Shown in pieces: positions 19,660 through 31,569 of a stretch of DNA of 36,500 nt. The position numbers and the translations under genes are program-made. The notes below the pieces were generated by a model, which saw nothing but the letters and a program-made list of their open reading frames with translations, was not told the DNA's origin and did not search any database. Every line of letters starts with the position of its first letter. Within the stretch, counting starts at the first letter, position 1. This stretch comes from Chiloscyllium plagiosum (lineage: Eukaryota), in assembly GCF_004010195.1 (NCBI RefSeq), contig NW_025213848.1, positions 1 to 36,500 of the forward strand, given 5' to 3'.

Positions 19660-22023
19660 TGGAGCCTAAACGTCTAGACTGGGTCAGCGGCAGGTGGTGA
19701 AGGAACCAACAAGAGAAAAAAGATATACCTGACCACATCCTTACAAATCTGTCCATGAGAATATTGGTAAAAGTGACTACCACACTGTCTTTGTGGTGAT
19801 GAAGTCCCACCTTCACATTGAGAATAACCTCCATCATGTTGTGTAGCACTTTCACCATGCAAAATGGGACAGACTTCAACCGTTCTAGCAGCACAAGACT
19901 GGGCATCAGTGAGGCGCTTTGGGACATCAACAGCAGCAGAACTCTACTCCAGCACCCCCATGGCCTGGCATATCTCCACTGAACTACGACCATCAAGCCA
20001 GGGTATCAACTCTGGTTCAATGCAGACTGCATGAGGGAATGCCAGAAGCAGCATCAGGCATATGAAAAAAAATGAGGTGTCAACCTAGTGAAGAAACCAA
20101 ACAGAAATAATTGCGTGCGAAACGGCATAAACAGGAAGTGCTAGACAGAACTAAGCAATCCCACAACCAATGCATCAGATCTCAGAACTGCAGTCCTTCC
20201 ACATTCAGTTGTGAATTGTGGTGGACAAGCAAACAGCTCACTGGAGGAGGAGGCTTCACAAATATCCCCATCGTCAATAATGGGGGAGCCCAGCACATCA
20301 GTGCAAAAGGTAAGGCTGATGCATTCGGAACAATCTTCAGTCAGAAGTGCCGAGTGAATGATCCATCTCGGGATCCTGAAGTGGTCCCAGCATCACAGAT
20401 TCCAGTCTCCAGCCAATTCGTTTCACTCCACGTGATATCAAAATGTGGCGGGAGGTACTGGATACTGCAAAGGCTACGGATTCTGACAACATTCCAGCAA
20501 TAGTACTGAAGAANNNNNNNNNNNNNNNNNNNNNNNNNNNNNNNNNNNNNNNNNNNNNNNNNNNNNNNNNNNNGGAGGAAACCCACGCAGACACGGGGAG
20601 AACGTGCAAACTCCACACAGTCAGTCGCCTGAGGCGGGAATTGAACCCGGGTCTCTGGCGTAGTGAGGCAGCAGTGCCAACCACTATGCCAGCGTGCCGA
20701 CCAGTTTGAAAGGGCTCGCAACAGTGCTATCAAACATCACCTACTCAGCAATAATCTGCTCAGTGACACACAGTTTGGCTTCCCAAGCGTCATTCAGCTC
20801 CTGATCTCATTACCGCCTTGGTTCAAACATGGGCAGAACAGCTGAATTCCAGAGGTGAGGTAAGAGTTAAAGCCCTTGACATTAAGGCTGCTTATGACTG
20901 AGTATGGCATCAAGCAACTCTCCAAAATTGGAATCAATGGGTACCGGATTCAAACGCTGTGCTGGTTAGTTTCATTCCTGGCACAAAGAAAGATGCTTGT
21001 GGTTGTGAGGGTCAGTCATCTCAGCTCCAGGACATTTCTGTGGAGTCCCTCAGGGTAGCGTCCTCGGCCCAACAATCTTCAGCTGCTTCATCAATGACCT
21101 TACCACGGTCAGAAATGGAATGTTTGCCAATGATTGCACAGTGTTCAGAACCATTCGCAATTGCTCACGTTTTGAAGAAGTACATGCTCAAATGAAACAA
21201 GATCTGCACAATATGCAGGATTGGGCCGACAAATGGCAAGTAACATTTGCGTCATCCAAATGCCAGACAATGACCATCACCAATGAGAGACATTCTAACC
21301 ACTGGCTCTTTACATTCAACAGCATTACCATCACTCCATCCCCCACTGTCAACATCCTTGGGGTTACCATTGACCAAAAACTCAATGGACTCATCACATA
21401 AACACAATGGCTCCAAGAACAGGTCTGAGACTCGGGTGCTATGACAAGGAACTCACCTCCTGGCATCCAAACGTCTATCCTCCATCTACCAGGCACAAGT
21501 CAGGAGTGCGATGGAATACTCTCCACTTGACTGGACGGGTGCAACCCCAACGACACTCAAGAAGCTTGACAGAACCCAGGAAAAAGAAACCTGTTTGATT
21601 GCCACTACATCTACAAACATTCAATCTCTCCACCATCGGCGATCAGTAGCAGCAGTGTATACTATCTACATGATGGTCCGCAGAAATTCACCGAAGCATC
21701 TTAGACAGCACCTTCCAAACCCACGATCACTTCCATCTAGAAGGACAAGGGCAGCAGGTATTTGGAAACATCACCACCTACAAGATTCCCCCCAAGCCAC
21801 TGGCCACCTTGCATTGGCAAAATATATTCGTTCCTTCATATTCGTTGGGTCAAAATCCTGGAAATCCCTCCCTCATGGCATTGTGGGTCAAACAGCCACA
21901 ACAAGTGGACTGCAGCGATTCAAGTAGGCAGCTCAGCACCACATTTTCAAAGGCAAATAGCGGTGGATTATTAATTCTTACCAACTAGCGATGCCCAAGT
22001 CACACAAATGAATTTTAAAAAAA
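19660..22023 (+). mobile_element. LINE family B (CR1/Jockey group), endonuclease C-terminus to RT to A-rich 3' end; right-arm copy
   Basis: ELWWTSKQLTGGGG, ggagtccctcagggtagcgtcctcggccca (GVPQGSVLGP), FANDCTVF (FADD), VNILGVTID and MEYSPLDW motifs, with an A tail at about 22017-22023. Confidence 0.88.
20574..20702 (-). mobile_element. HE1/V-SINE-like SINE head; the remainder is probably in N gap 20514-20573
   Basis: Near-identical to 4164-4292 (ggaggaaacccacgcagacacgg...gaggcgggaattgaaccc). Confidence 0.88.
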
Positions 22024-22028
22024 GCAAT

Positions 22029-22775
22029 TGAAGGAATCACTGAGGATGGCAAGTGCACAAAATGTACTCTGTATTAAGGATTTCAATGTTCACCATTAAG
22101 AGTGGCTCGGCGGCAGTGCTACTGATGGAGTTGGTTGAGTCCTAAAGGACATAGCTGTGAGGCTGGGTCTGTAGTCGTTGGTGATAGAATTAACAAGAGG
22201 GAAAAACATACTTGAGCTCATCTTTACCAATCTGCTAGCTGCAGGTGCATCTATCCATGACGGTATCAGTAAGAGTGACCACTGCACAGACTTTGTGGGA
22301 ACAAGTCCCACCTTCAAATTGAGAATAACCTCCATCGTGTTGTACCGATCTTGCAGTTCAAGACAAGGTGTCCATGAGGCACTAGGCCCCCAGTAGCAGT
22401 AGAACTGAGCACTAGCACAATTTGTAACCTCATGGCATGACATATCCCCAACGCAAATAGTCAAAGGGTCAATCCTGATTCAATGGATAATGCAGGAGGG
22501 CATGCCAGGAGCAGCACCAGACATACCTAAAAATAAGGTGTCAATCTGGTGAAGCGACCAAACAGCAACCTTGCATGCCAAACTGTATAAGCAGCAAGTA
22601 ATAGAACTAATTGATGCAGCGACCAACAGATCAGATCTAAGCTCTGCATTCCTGCCACATCCAGTGGAGAATGGTGGAGGACAATTTAACAACTCACTGG
22701 AAGAGGAGGCTCCACCAGTATTCCCATCGACAATGATGGAAAAGCCTAGCACATCAGTGTAAAAGATAAGACTGA
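22029..22775 (+). mobile_element. LINE family B endonuclease and linker fragment, right-arm copy of 14335-15127
   Basis: ORF 22178-22396 has TRGKNILELIFTN and GISKSDH. Confidence 0.82.
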
Positions 22776-22787
22776 AGCTTTCTGGGA

Positions 22788-24345
22788 GCTAAATATTCAA
22801 AGATATACATCCAAATGAAAAGACAGGTGGGGGGAAGCGTGGCTGGAGTTGCCTGATCAGTAAGAAATGAAGTTAAATTAATAGCAATAAATGAAGTGGA
22901 GTCAGATAATGTAGATTCGCAAAGGTAAAAACACCATAATGGGAGTTATCTAGAGACCTCCAAACAATAGTCAAGATTTGGGGCATAAGATACATGAGGA
23001 GATAGGAAAAGCGTGTAAGAAAGGCATGGTTACAGTGATGGGGGATTTCAATATTCAGGGGGACTGAGAAAATCAGGTTGACAGTAGATTGCAAGAAAAT
23101 TATTTTGTGGAATTTCTAGAAGATGGCTTTTCAGAGCAGCTTCTGGAGCCCCGTTTGAAAGCAATGCTCAAAGTATTCAACATCGCCACATTTACAAAAT
23201 AAATATAGTGCAATTCAGTTTTAAAAACACAATACCCAAAAGCAATGCACTTATTGGCTTTCACATGGGCAAAAAAAAAGCACATGCATTTTTTTGGTGT
23301 ACAATGTTAATCATTTAAATTCTATTGAAGAAGGTTCTTATTTTTAGCAATACAATATACAATACCGGATCTAGTGTTGTGCAATGAGGTAGCCTTGATA
23401 AGGTAGCTTAACGTGAATGAACCCTGAGGTGGCAGTGACCCTAATATGATAGAATTTACTCGGCAGTTTGAGAGGGAGAATGTGGAATCAGATGTAACTG
23501 AATTACAACTGAATAATGGCAACTACTGAGACATGAGGGAGAAGCTGGAGAGAATTGACTGGGAGAAGAACCTAACAGCAATGACAGTGTAACAGCGATG
23601 GGAGGGGTTTCTGGGTGTAATCCGGGTGACAAAGCAAACATTCACCCCGAGGAGAAAGACACGCATTAAAGAGAGCATGAGGCAATCATGGCTGACTCGG
23701 GAAGTCAGGGACAGCATAAAAGCAAAAGAGAATTCACATCATGTGGCAAAGTGCAGTGGGAAACCAGAGGATTGGGAAGCCTAGAAACACCAATGGAGGA
23801 GAATGAAGAAAGAAATAAGGAGAGAAAAGATTAAGCATGAGGGAAAGCGAGTCAGTGATATTAAAAACAAGATTGCCACAGTGTTTTGAGATATACAAAG
23901 TTCAAGGCAAAAGTTGGCATTGGGCCGCTGGAAAATAAGGCTGGAAGAGTCGTCACGGCGAACAAAGAAATGGCTGAGGAACTGAATAAGTACTTTGCAT
24001 CAGACTTCACGGTGGAAGACGCGAGAATTATCCCAAAACTTCAAGAGAATCAAGGGGACAGAGATGAGTACGGTGGCCATCACCAAGGAAAGATGCTAGA
24101 AAACTGAAAGGTCTGAAAATAGATAGAACAACTGGACCAGATGTACTACTCCCCAGATTTCTGAAGGCAATAGCTGAAGAGGTAGTGGAGGCTTTAGTTG
24201 TGAGCTTTCAGGTATCACTAGAGTCAGGGTGGGTCCCAGAGGACAGGAAAATTGCTAAAATAACACCCCAGTATAAGAAGGGGGTCAGGTAAAATAAGTT
24301 ATCAGCTGATAAGCCTGGCCTCAGTCATTGATAAATTGTTGGTAA
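22788..24345 (+). mobile_element. Decayed CR1 ORF2, right-arm copy of 12380-14320, with a foreign insert at 23153-23359
   Basis: ctaaatattcaa (LNIQ), agacctccaaac (RPPN), atgggggatttcaat (MGDFN) and EMAEELNKYFASDFTVED motifs. Confidence 0.85.
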
Positions 24346-24649
24346 TATTTTGTCAGTAATATTAACTAACTGGTTATTTCAATTCCAAGGCAATTCCAAG
24401 ACCAAGTACCTTCTAGGTGACAACAACTTAACTAACAACTTTTCTCAATCTCTTTCTCCTTGTTTTTCGTTAGATAACGGAGGGAATGGTGGAAACACCA
24501 CAGACATATGTAATACAGTGAGGCAGCAAAGCTAGTATGGCTCACATTGACTTGTAGACCCCACACCGTGAAGCAATACATTCACTGCATCATAAACACA
24601 ACCTTTCAACCCCACTCACACCAGGTGTGACAGAAATAAAATGCGGATC

Positions 24650-25010
24650 AGTTGGACAGGCTGGGTTTGTTTCAGCTGGAGTTTGCGAGAGTGAGGTTTG
24701 ACATGACTGAAGTGTTTAAGATCGTGAATGGTTTGATAAGGAAAATGTGGAAAGGATGGTTCCTTTTGTGAGTCATTCCTGAATCAGAGGGAACTGCTTT
24801 AAAATTGGGTTTCCACTTTCAGGGCAGAGATGAGATTTGTTTCCTATCAGAGGGCTGTGCAACTTTGGAACTCTCTGCCCCAGAAGGTGTGCTCCCTGAA
24901 TATTTTTAAGACACAGGTTGATAGATTTTTGTTAAGGGGCATTGGTGGGAGATGGATTACAAATCACTAACAGATCAGGCCTGATCTTATTGAATGGTGG
25001 AGCGGACTCA
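24650..25010 (+). mobile_element. CR1 3' fragment, right-arm copy of 11690-12062
   Basis: Reverse complement of the left-arm copy. Confidence 0.7.
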
Positions 25011-25011
25011 A

Positions 25012-25292
25012 AGGCATTTACTACCCAGAGGGCAGGTAAGAGTCAATCACATTACTGTGGGTCATGAGTCACATGTAGGCCAGACCAGGTAAGGATGGCA
25101 GCTTCCTTCCCTAAAGGACATCAGTGAACCAGATGGGTTTTTCCTGACAATCGACGATAATTTCATGGTCATCAGTAGCCTCATATTTATAGATTTACAC
25201 TGAATTCAAATTCCACATCTGCCGTGGAGGGACTTGAATCAAGGTCCCCAGTATATTAATGGTTCAGCAATGATACCATGAGGCTGTTACCT
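25012..25292 (-). mobile_element. Second SINE family, right-arm copy of 11320-11595
   Basis: Reverse complement of the left-arm copy, with its 3' end removed by a roughly 100-bp deletion. Confidence 0.7.
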
Positions 25293-25324
25293 ATCTACAA
25301 AGAGAGAGTTCTAAGGTTGGAAAA

Positions 25325-25810
25325 CAAAACCTTGATCAAACAGGTGAATGCTAAGGAGAGCTTATAGAATGGAGGAGAATTGAAGGGAATGGGGGAAGAG
25401 AATTACCAAGTTTAGGTTCAAGGCAGCTGAAACTAAAGCCACCAACAGGGAGGAGAATAAACTAAGAAACTCTCATACAGCTGGAATTGGATAAGTGCAG
25501 ATACCTCAGGGAGGTGTGGAACTACGCAGGGAGGACAGGGTGAAGTCCTGGGTAGATTTAAAAACAGTGAACCAAATTTTGGAATGATCTTTCTGAACAT
25601 AATGTAGATCAGGTTAAACCTGAGGTAGATGTCTTTCGCGACTTGGTGTAGGGACACAGATAGGAGAATCTGAGATGACCATGAGTATGTGGAGGCAGAA
25701 TGTGGGAGACATGCTGGGACTGTATTAGAATAGTCATGGTGAGAGGGAACAAATGCTGGATGGAAGGTTGCAGCAGCTGATGGACTGACAATGAGGAAAG
25801 ACATTGGGAA
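25325..25810 (-). mobile_element. L2-clade fragment, right-arm copy of 10800-11290
   Basis: ORF 25433-25888 has AAATFHPAFVPSHHDYSNTVPACLP. Confidence 0.72.
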
Positions 25811-26834
25811 CTGAGCAAATGACCATTGCCTAACAGGACAGAAAAACTGATCCATCAGCCTGAAACTGACTGACCATGTGGGTGTCAATTAATCCAACAC
25901 AAGTAACTGGAAACATTGCTCAGAGTCTGTTTCTGTAACATTCAACACAACCAGGAAATGAAAAGTGAATAATTAGCTGAAAACAAGGCCACTGCTCTGT
26001 TAGAGTCAAAACTGCCACTTATTTCCTTCGAAATGAATCTTTGCTTGCCCGAAGAAAAGCAGATGTATTACTCACTGCCCACCTGATTTACACACAAAGG
26101 AAACCTGATCAGGATCTGTCAGATAAATTAAGCTATTAGCGACAGTCCATTGCACACAACAAGAGCTTAGAACACAACAGATTCTAGTGAAAACAACAAT
26201 GCAATGAAAAAGGCGAATTAATCTTTATAATCATGCAGCCTCTCTCAATCAAATTATCCCAGTCAATTTCTAAACGTTGTTACACTATTCATATCAATGT
26301 ATACATATTTATTTTCTATTCTAATTTCCTCCAAAATATCTTATTATTCTCTTGAAAATATATTTTAGATGTTCAATTCATAATCACAATTCATTTCAAA
26401 TTATTCCTAAAGCAGAACAACTTGCATATTTTTTCATGTCAATATGGACACTATATAACAAAGTTTCCAGTTTAATCATATGTGCAAACATTGTTTCGGT
26501 TCGTTATTGCAGTGAAGCTAAAATTAAAGACTGTTTTTTTTTTATCTCCTTCCATTACTTTATGCCCTGATTACAATGCATGTTCTAACAGTTGACTAAC
26601 ATTGAATAACATTGAATTTTCAATGCAAGAACTGTTACAAATAATCACATATTATTGAGCTCATTTATGGTTGTTGATTTCCAGAGTTATTTTCAGTGAA
26701 TGATCACGTTAAATTCACTTACATAATCACAGTACAATTTTCACTTCTATAGGTATGTCGAATGAATATCAAATTATTCTTATTTCAAGTAAAACCAAAT
26801 TCACACTTTGTTCTGTTTGAATCCAGGAATAACG

Positions 26835-29450
26835 GAACGTGTTACATTATTATGGGAAACAGGAACAAGTGAAGATGGTGGCCCTCAGACGTGAGGCCTG
26901 AAAGCCAAAGTGCCAGATGGTAGTTACAGTGGGGAAGGTACCTAGTGCCCTATTCTACTCCGAAGGCAGTGAGGATGGAGACACTGACTGGAACGGGATC
27001 GATGGTGAAGCACCCACGTATGGAAAGAGTGACGGCAATGGGTGGGATGACCCATCGCCCTGTAAGGCCCAGAAAGCCGTCTCTGGCACCGCTGGGCATC
27101 AAAGCTCAAACTTGGACAGACGATAGGAGCAGCGAATGGATCTGATAGAAACCAAACCTGGCTGAACGACAGATCTTGGTGAATGACCACCCAGCCTGTA
27201 GAGAAATGGTAATAATGGGCCTTATTGGGAGAATATGGATGAATTAGTTAAGGGACACAGACTCACTGACGTTGATGTCCATACCCTCCCTCAGGCCAAA
27301 ATGCCCTCAATTGTACAGCAGAACCTGTCCCTGCAATGAGAGGGTGAGGGTGTGAGCCAGTTCCTGCCAGTGCACAGCCGATCAGTGGCTCCAGGCATTT
27401 ATAGATATTACAGGGACACACTGGGGAGGGGACAGGCTGAATGGGCTAAACTAACCTTGGTGTCTCAGGGACCCAAGGGTAATATCGAGGATCATACAGA
27501 GAGGAAACCTGAGGTGTGTAAGGACCACAGGGGATTATCAAACCCCAACCTGTGATGGTGAAATTGGTTTGATGTATTTAAAAGATGACTTCGGACCCTT
27601 TAAACTGTAATTATATACATGGGACTCCCAGTGGGAGATAATTCTAACCACATTCTGAATTGGACCATGAGAGCTGAGGCAAACTCAGAAACACAGTCAA
27701 ATAGCTGCAGTACAGGGAGGGGAACCAGATTGACAATGTTTCAAGGGAAGCAGGAAAGGGCACATAGCCAAGGAACGTAGGCAGAGAGAGGGAGATAGAT
27801 GTTCACATTGTGAGTGGCCTGTGTTCACGTGTATACATGCATAGCCCACGAATATTTATTGACGCGCTGTTGAGGGGCCAGCACTGCATGATGCTAACAC
27901 TGGAACATCTTTGTCAGTTACCAATAAGGATTTACCCCTCACTCCCTCAATTACTAAAATGAGAGCAGTTGGAGAGGGAACCTAGGAAGCTGGATGAAAC
28001 AAACCTGTCCCGATGTAAACCGGGAGTATGACAAAATGTATTCAGATATGGAGGTATGAAACTCAAGAAGGGACCATTCTGGGAGTTGCTCCTATTTATT
28101 CTAAAATGGCAACTATTGATGTCAATACCTGAATTCATACATGGGGATGCTCCGGCCAGTACTGTGACAGAGAGAAAAGGAGAGGCAAACTCCCTGGAGT
28201 AGCTACATTGCAGGGAGACTGGGACAGTCAGAGAANNNNNNNNNNNNNNNNNNNNNNNNNNNNNNNNNNNNNNNNNNNNNNNNNNNNNNNNNNNNNNNNN
28301 NNNNNNNNNNNNNNNNNNNNNNNNNNNNNNNNNNNNNNNNNNNNNNNNNNNNNNNNNNNNNNNNNNNNNNNNNNNNNNNNNNNNNNNNNNNNNNNNNNNN
28401 NNNNNNNNNNNNNNNNNNNNNNNNNNNNNNNNNNNNNNNNNNNNNNNNNNNNNNNNNNNNNNNNNNNNNNNNNNNNNNNNNNNNNNNNNNNNNNNNNNNN
28501 NNNNNNNNNNNNNNNNNNNNNNNNNNNNNNNNNNNNNNNNNNNNNNNNNNNNNNNNNNNNNNNNNNNNNNNNNNNNNNNNNNNNNNNNNNNNNNNNNNNN
28601 NNNNNNNNNNNNNNNNNNNNNNNNNNNNNNNNNNNNNNNNNNNNNNNNNNNNNNNNNNNNNNNNNNNNNNNNNNNNNNNNNNNNNNNNNNNNNNNNNNNN
28701 NNNNNNNNNNNNNNNNNNNNNNNNNNNNNNNNNNNNNNNNNNNNNNNNNNNNNNNNNNNNNNNNNNNNNNNNNNNNNNNNNNNNNNNNNNNNNNNNNNNN
28801 NNNNNNNNNNNNNNNNNNNNNNNNNNNNNNNNNNNNNNNNNNNNNNNNNNNNNNNNNNNNNNNNNNNNNNNNNNNNNNNNNNNNNNNNNNNNNNNNNNNN
28901 NNNNNNNNNNNNNNNNNNNNNNNNNNNNNNNNNNNNNNNNNNNNNNNNNNNNNNNNNNNNNNNNNNNNNNNNNNNNNNNNNAAAGAACATATCCAGATAT
29001 TAAACAGAGTATTGGGTCAGGTTAGCCAGGCTGGGCTTAAACTTAACGCACAGAGAGTGCAACTGGGAAGGTAGGGAGAGACGGAACTGGGACATCATAT
29101 TGGGGAGATCAAATCAGGAAGGGAGAGGAGACAGTCCCAGCCGGACCAAGAACAATGATTATTAAACTATCCACCCACGCACCGTAAAGGGGTCAGGCAA
29201 ACTTTAGGATTGTTTAATTATTGTGGGAATTTTGTGGGGAATTATCCAGAAATAGAGAACCATCATGAGCCCTGACAGAAGTACGGACATTAGCCAGGGG
29301 TCAGGGAGTCAAAATGTATAGTTCATGACTGGGCTCGGTGAAGGTACGTCACCCTGTCCTGGGGGGGGGGGGGGGGGGGAGCACCTAGAGCATGAAGAAC
29401 AGGTCAGAGAATTGGTGGGAGCAGCTATTTTCCCAATGAAGCAGCATTAA
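26835..29450 (+). mobile_element. Decayed retrovirus-like LTR element: gag, protease and RT (longer copy, spanning an N gap)
   Basis: CFKGSRKGHIAKER (27737-27778) and PRIFIDALLRGQHCMML/TGTSLSVTN (27846-27925). After the gap: KEHIQILNRVLGQVSQAGLKLNAQRVQLG and PRTVKGVRQTLGLFNYCGNFVGNYPEI (about 29175-29254), which fit the RT C-terminus and thumb. No LTR, integrase or env is recognisable. Confidence 0.82.
28236..28981. other. Assembly gap, expected to hold the RT core and the outer arm breakpoint
   Basis: Run of N between the protease-side and RT-thumb sequences. Confidence 0.95.
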
Positions 29451-29451
29451 C

Positions 29452-29580
29452 AAAGATTAGAGCTTAAAAATGTGTTGCTGGAAAAGCGCAGCAAGTTAGG
29501 CAGCATCAAAGGAACAGGAGAATCAACGTTTCAGGCATCAGCCCTTCTTCTTTATGCCCGAAACGTCAATTCTCCTGTTC
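29452..29580. mobile_element. PLE family A terminal fragment with an inverted copy, forming a hairpin of two partial hammerheads
   Basis: 29471-29550 matches 12861-12940. 29554-29580 (atgcccgaaacgtcaattctcctgttc) is the imperfect reverse complement of 29512-29538. Confidence 0.8.
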
Positions 29581-29874
29581 GTGGATTGAATTCCCACCTT
29601 CAACAGACATGTGTCAGAGCAGCTCAGAATGTTCGTTCGAGAATATCAAAGCGGAGAGTGATTTGCTTTACAATTCAACATTGGATTTGCTTCTATCTGT
29701 TGTTCATTCCCATAATCACAGAAGTCTGCAAGTTATTATCTTCAGGTCACTAACAAAAATATGTATATCATTGTAGTATCTGTAAATTTTAAATTTGAGA
29801 ACATTGTAGTTTTTAAAACTTAAAATATCTCAATAATGATTTCTTTATTTAAAATATCTGACGAACATTGCTAC

Positions 29875-30180
29875 GGCACGGTGGCTCAGTAGTTACCACT
29901 GTGGCTTCACATTACCAGGGTCCCAGGTTCGACTCCAGCCTCGGGAGACTGTCTTTGAGGAGTTTGCACATTCTCCCCGTGTCTGTGTGGGTTTCGTCTG
30001 GCCATTCTGGCTTCCTCCCTCAGCCCAAAGGGATGTAGGTTAGGTGAATTGGCCATGCTAACTTGCCTATAGTGTTAGGTGCATTAGTGAGAGGGAAATG
30101 GTATTGGGTGGGTTACTCGTCGGAGGGTCGCTGTGGACTTGGGCCAAAGGGCATGTTTCCACACTGTAGGGAATTTTAAA
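29875..30180 (+). mobile_element. HE1/V-SINE-like SINE
   Basis: ggcacggtggctcagtag (A box), ggttcgactcc (B box) and the tail gggccaaagggcatgtttccacactgtag. Confidence 0.9.
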
Positions 30181-31272
30181 AAAGAGTCCCATTATTATCC
30201 ATTAGGTGAGCAATAGCATTTTATTGCCAATCAGCTCAGGAATGTTCAAATATATTCAATCCTGCAAGAGTTTCAATAAACATTTAATACATAAACAATA
30301 TGCATTTCAGCACCTCACGTACATCAGTCCTTTTTCTCTACTATGCAAGATAAAAAATTGATTTCTCCTTCAGTAAATGAAACAGATGCCAATTCCTATT
30401 GCCCTTCAGTCTGGTGATTACCTTTATTATACAACAAAATATTGTAATTCATCTCATTATTGCTCCATCTTTTGATCGAATTAAATTTCTCCTTCCTCTT
30501 CAATTGATGTAGTGAGAGCTCATTTTAATTGCACAAGTATTTCAATTAGTCTAACAAACATAGTGAAATTCACATTTTAAGTTAAGTTAAAGTTAAGTTT
30601 AACGAATGCTACAATATAAAAATCCATTTTTTTTTCAGGTCAACTATCCCACAATGGAACCAATGACATCCAATCAAACACTCTTTGTAAATGCCTGATA
30701 TTTGCACATTTGAAAAATCACAATAATCTCAGACTAAAAAATTCAGAGAACAATAATTACCTTTCGTAGGAATAATTCCTGTTCGTTTCTATACATTGCT
30801 CAGTCAAACAGCAATATGAGATTTCTCATTATTCTTAAAACGACTGATAGAATTTTGATAATCCTCTTGCTGCGTAATTCTAATAATTGTACAATCCAGT
30901 ATCTTGCCGCAATGTGGAATTACAACTCAGTATATGAACAAATATAAAAATATTGCAGTGTATAATCTCTCAATCATTGTGAGTATCAAGTTTTATTTTA
31001 ATGGTGGAAACAATGTTGAATTCATTTAATTATTTTCACTTAAATGCTAACATTTATTGTGTTTATAATCACAATAAGAATGAACTATTCTTCATGCTAC
31101 AAAATAATTTACAATTCATGATGTTTCACACAACAAAAAATAAAAAAATCTCTTTGTTGTTTCATTAAACAATCTTATTTTAATGTTTGAAAATTTAACT
31201 TTTTTGTAATGAAGAAAAGTTGTAGTCACGTGAACAGTCACATTGAATGACTAATTCACGCTCTGCTGTTCA

Positions 31273-31569
31273 TTAGATTCGGTTCTCTACAGTATGGAAA
31301 CATGCCCTTCGGCGCAACAAATCCACACCGATCCTCCAAAGAGTAGACCACCCAAACCCCTACCCTATATTTACCCCGACTAATGTACATTACTCTGTGG
31401 GAAATTTAGCATGGCCGATTCACCTGGCCAGTGATTCTTTGCATTGTGGGAGGAAACCCACGCAGACATGGGGAGAATGTGCAAATGCCATGCAGACAGT
31501 CACCCGAGATGAGAATGGAACCCTGGTCCCTGGCGCTGGGACACAGCAGTGCTAACCATTGTGCCACCC
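31273..31569 (-). mobile_element. HE1/V-SINE-like SINE
   Basis: Collinear with 3995-4292. Confidence 0.88.

Larger units (their letters stand above)
19858..28235. repeat. Right arm of the large inverted duplication, pairing with 8236-16000
   Basis: Reverse-complement collinearity with the left arm. The outer end runs into the gap at 28236, so the true extent is unknown. Confidence 0.97.

Noticed and set aside
8236..28235. Giant DNA transposon or Polinton with long terminal inverted repeats
   Set aside because: The arms are mosaics of decayed retroelements, and the visible spacer has no transposase, integrase or polymerase.
29361..29379. G homopolymer as a polypurine tract before an LTR
   Set aside because: It lies just after the RT thumb and no LTR follows, so it is more likely a simple slippage tract.
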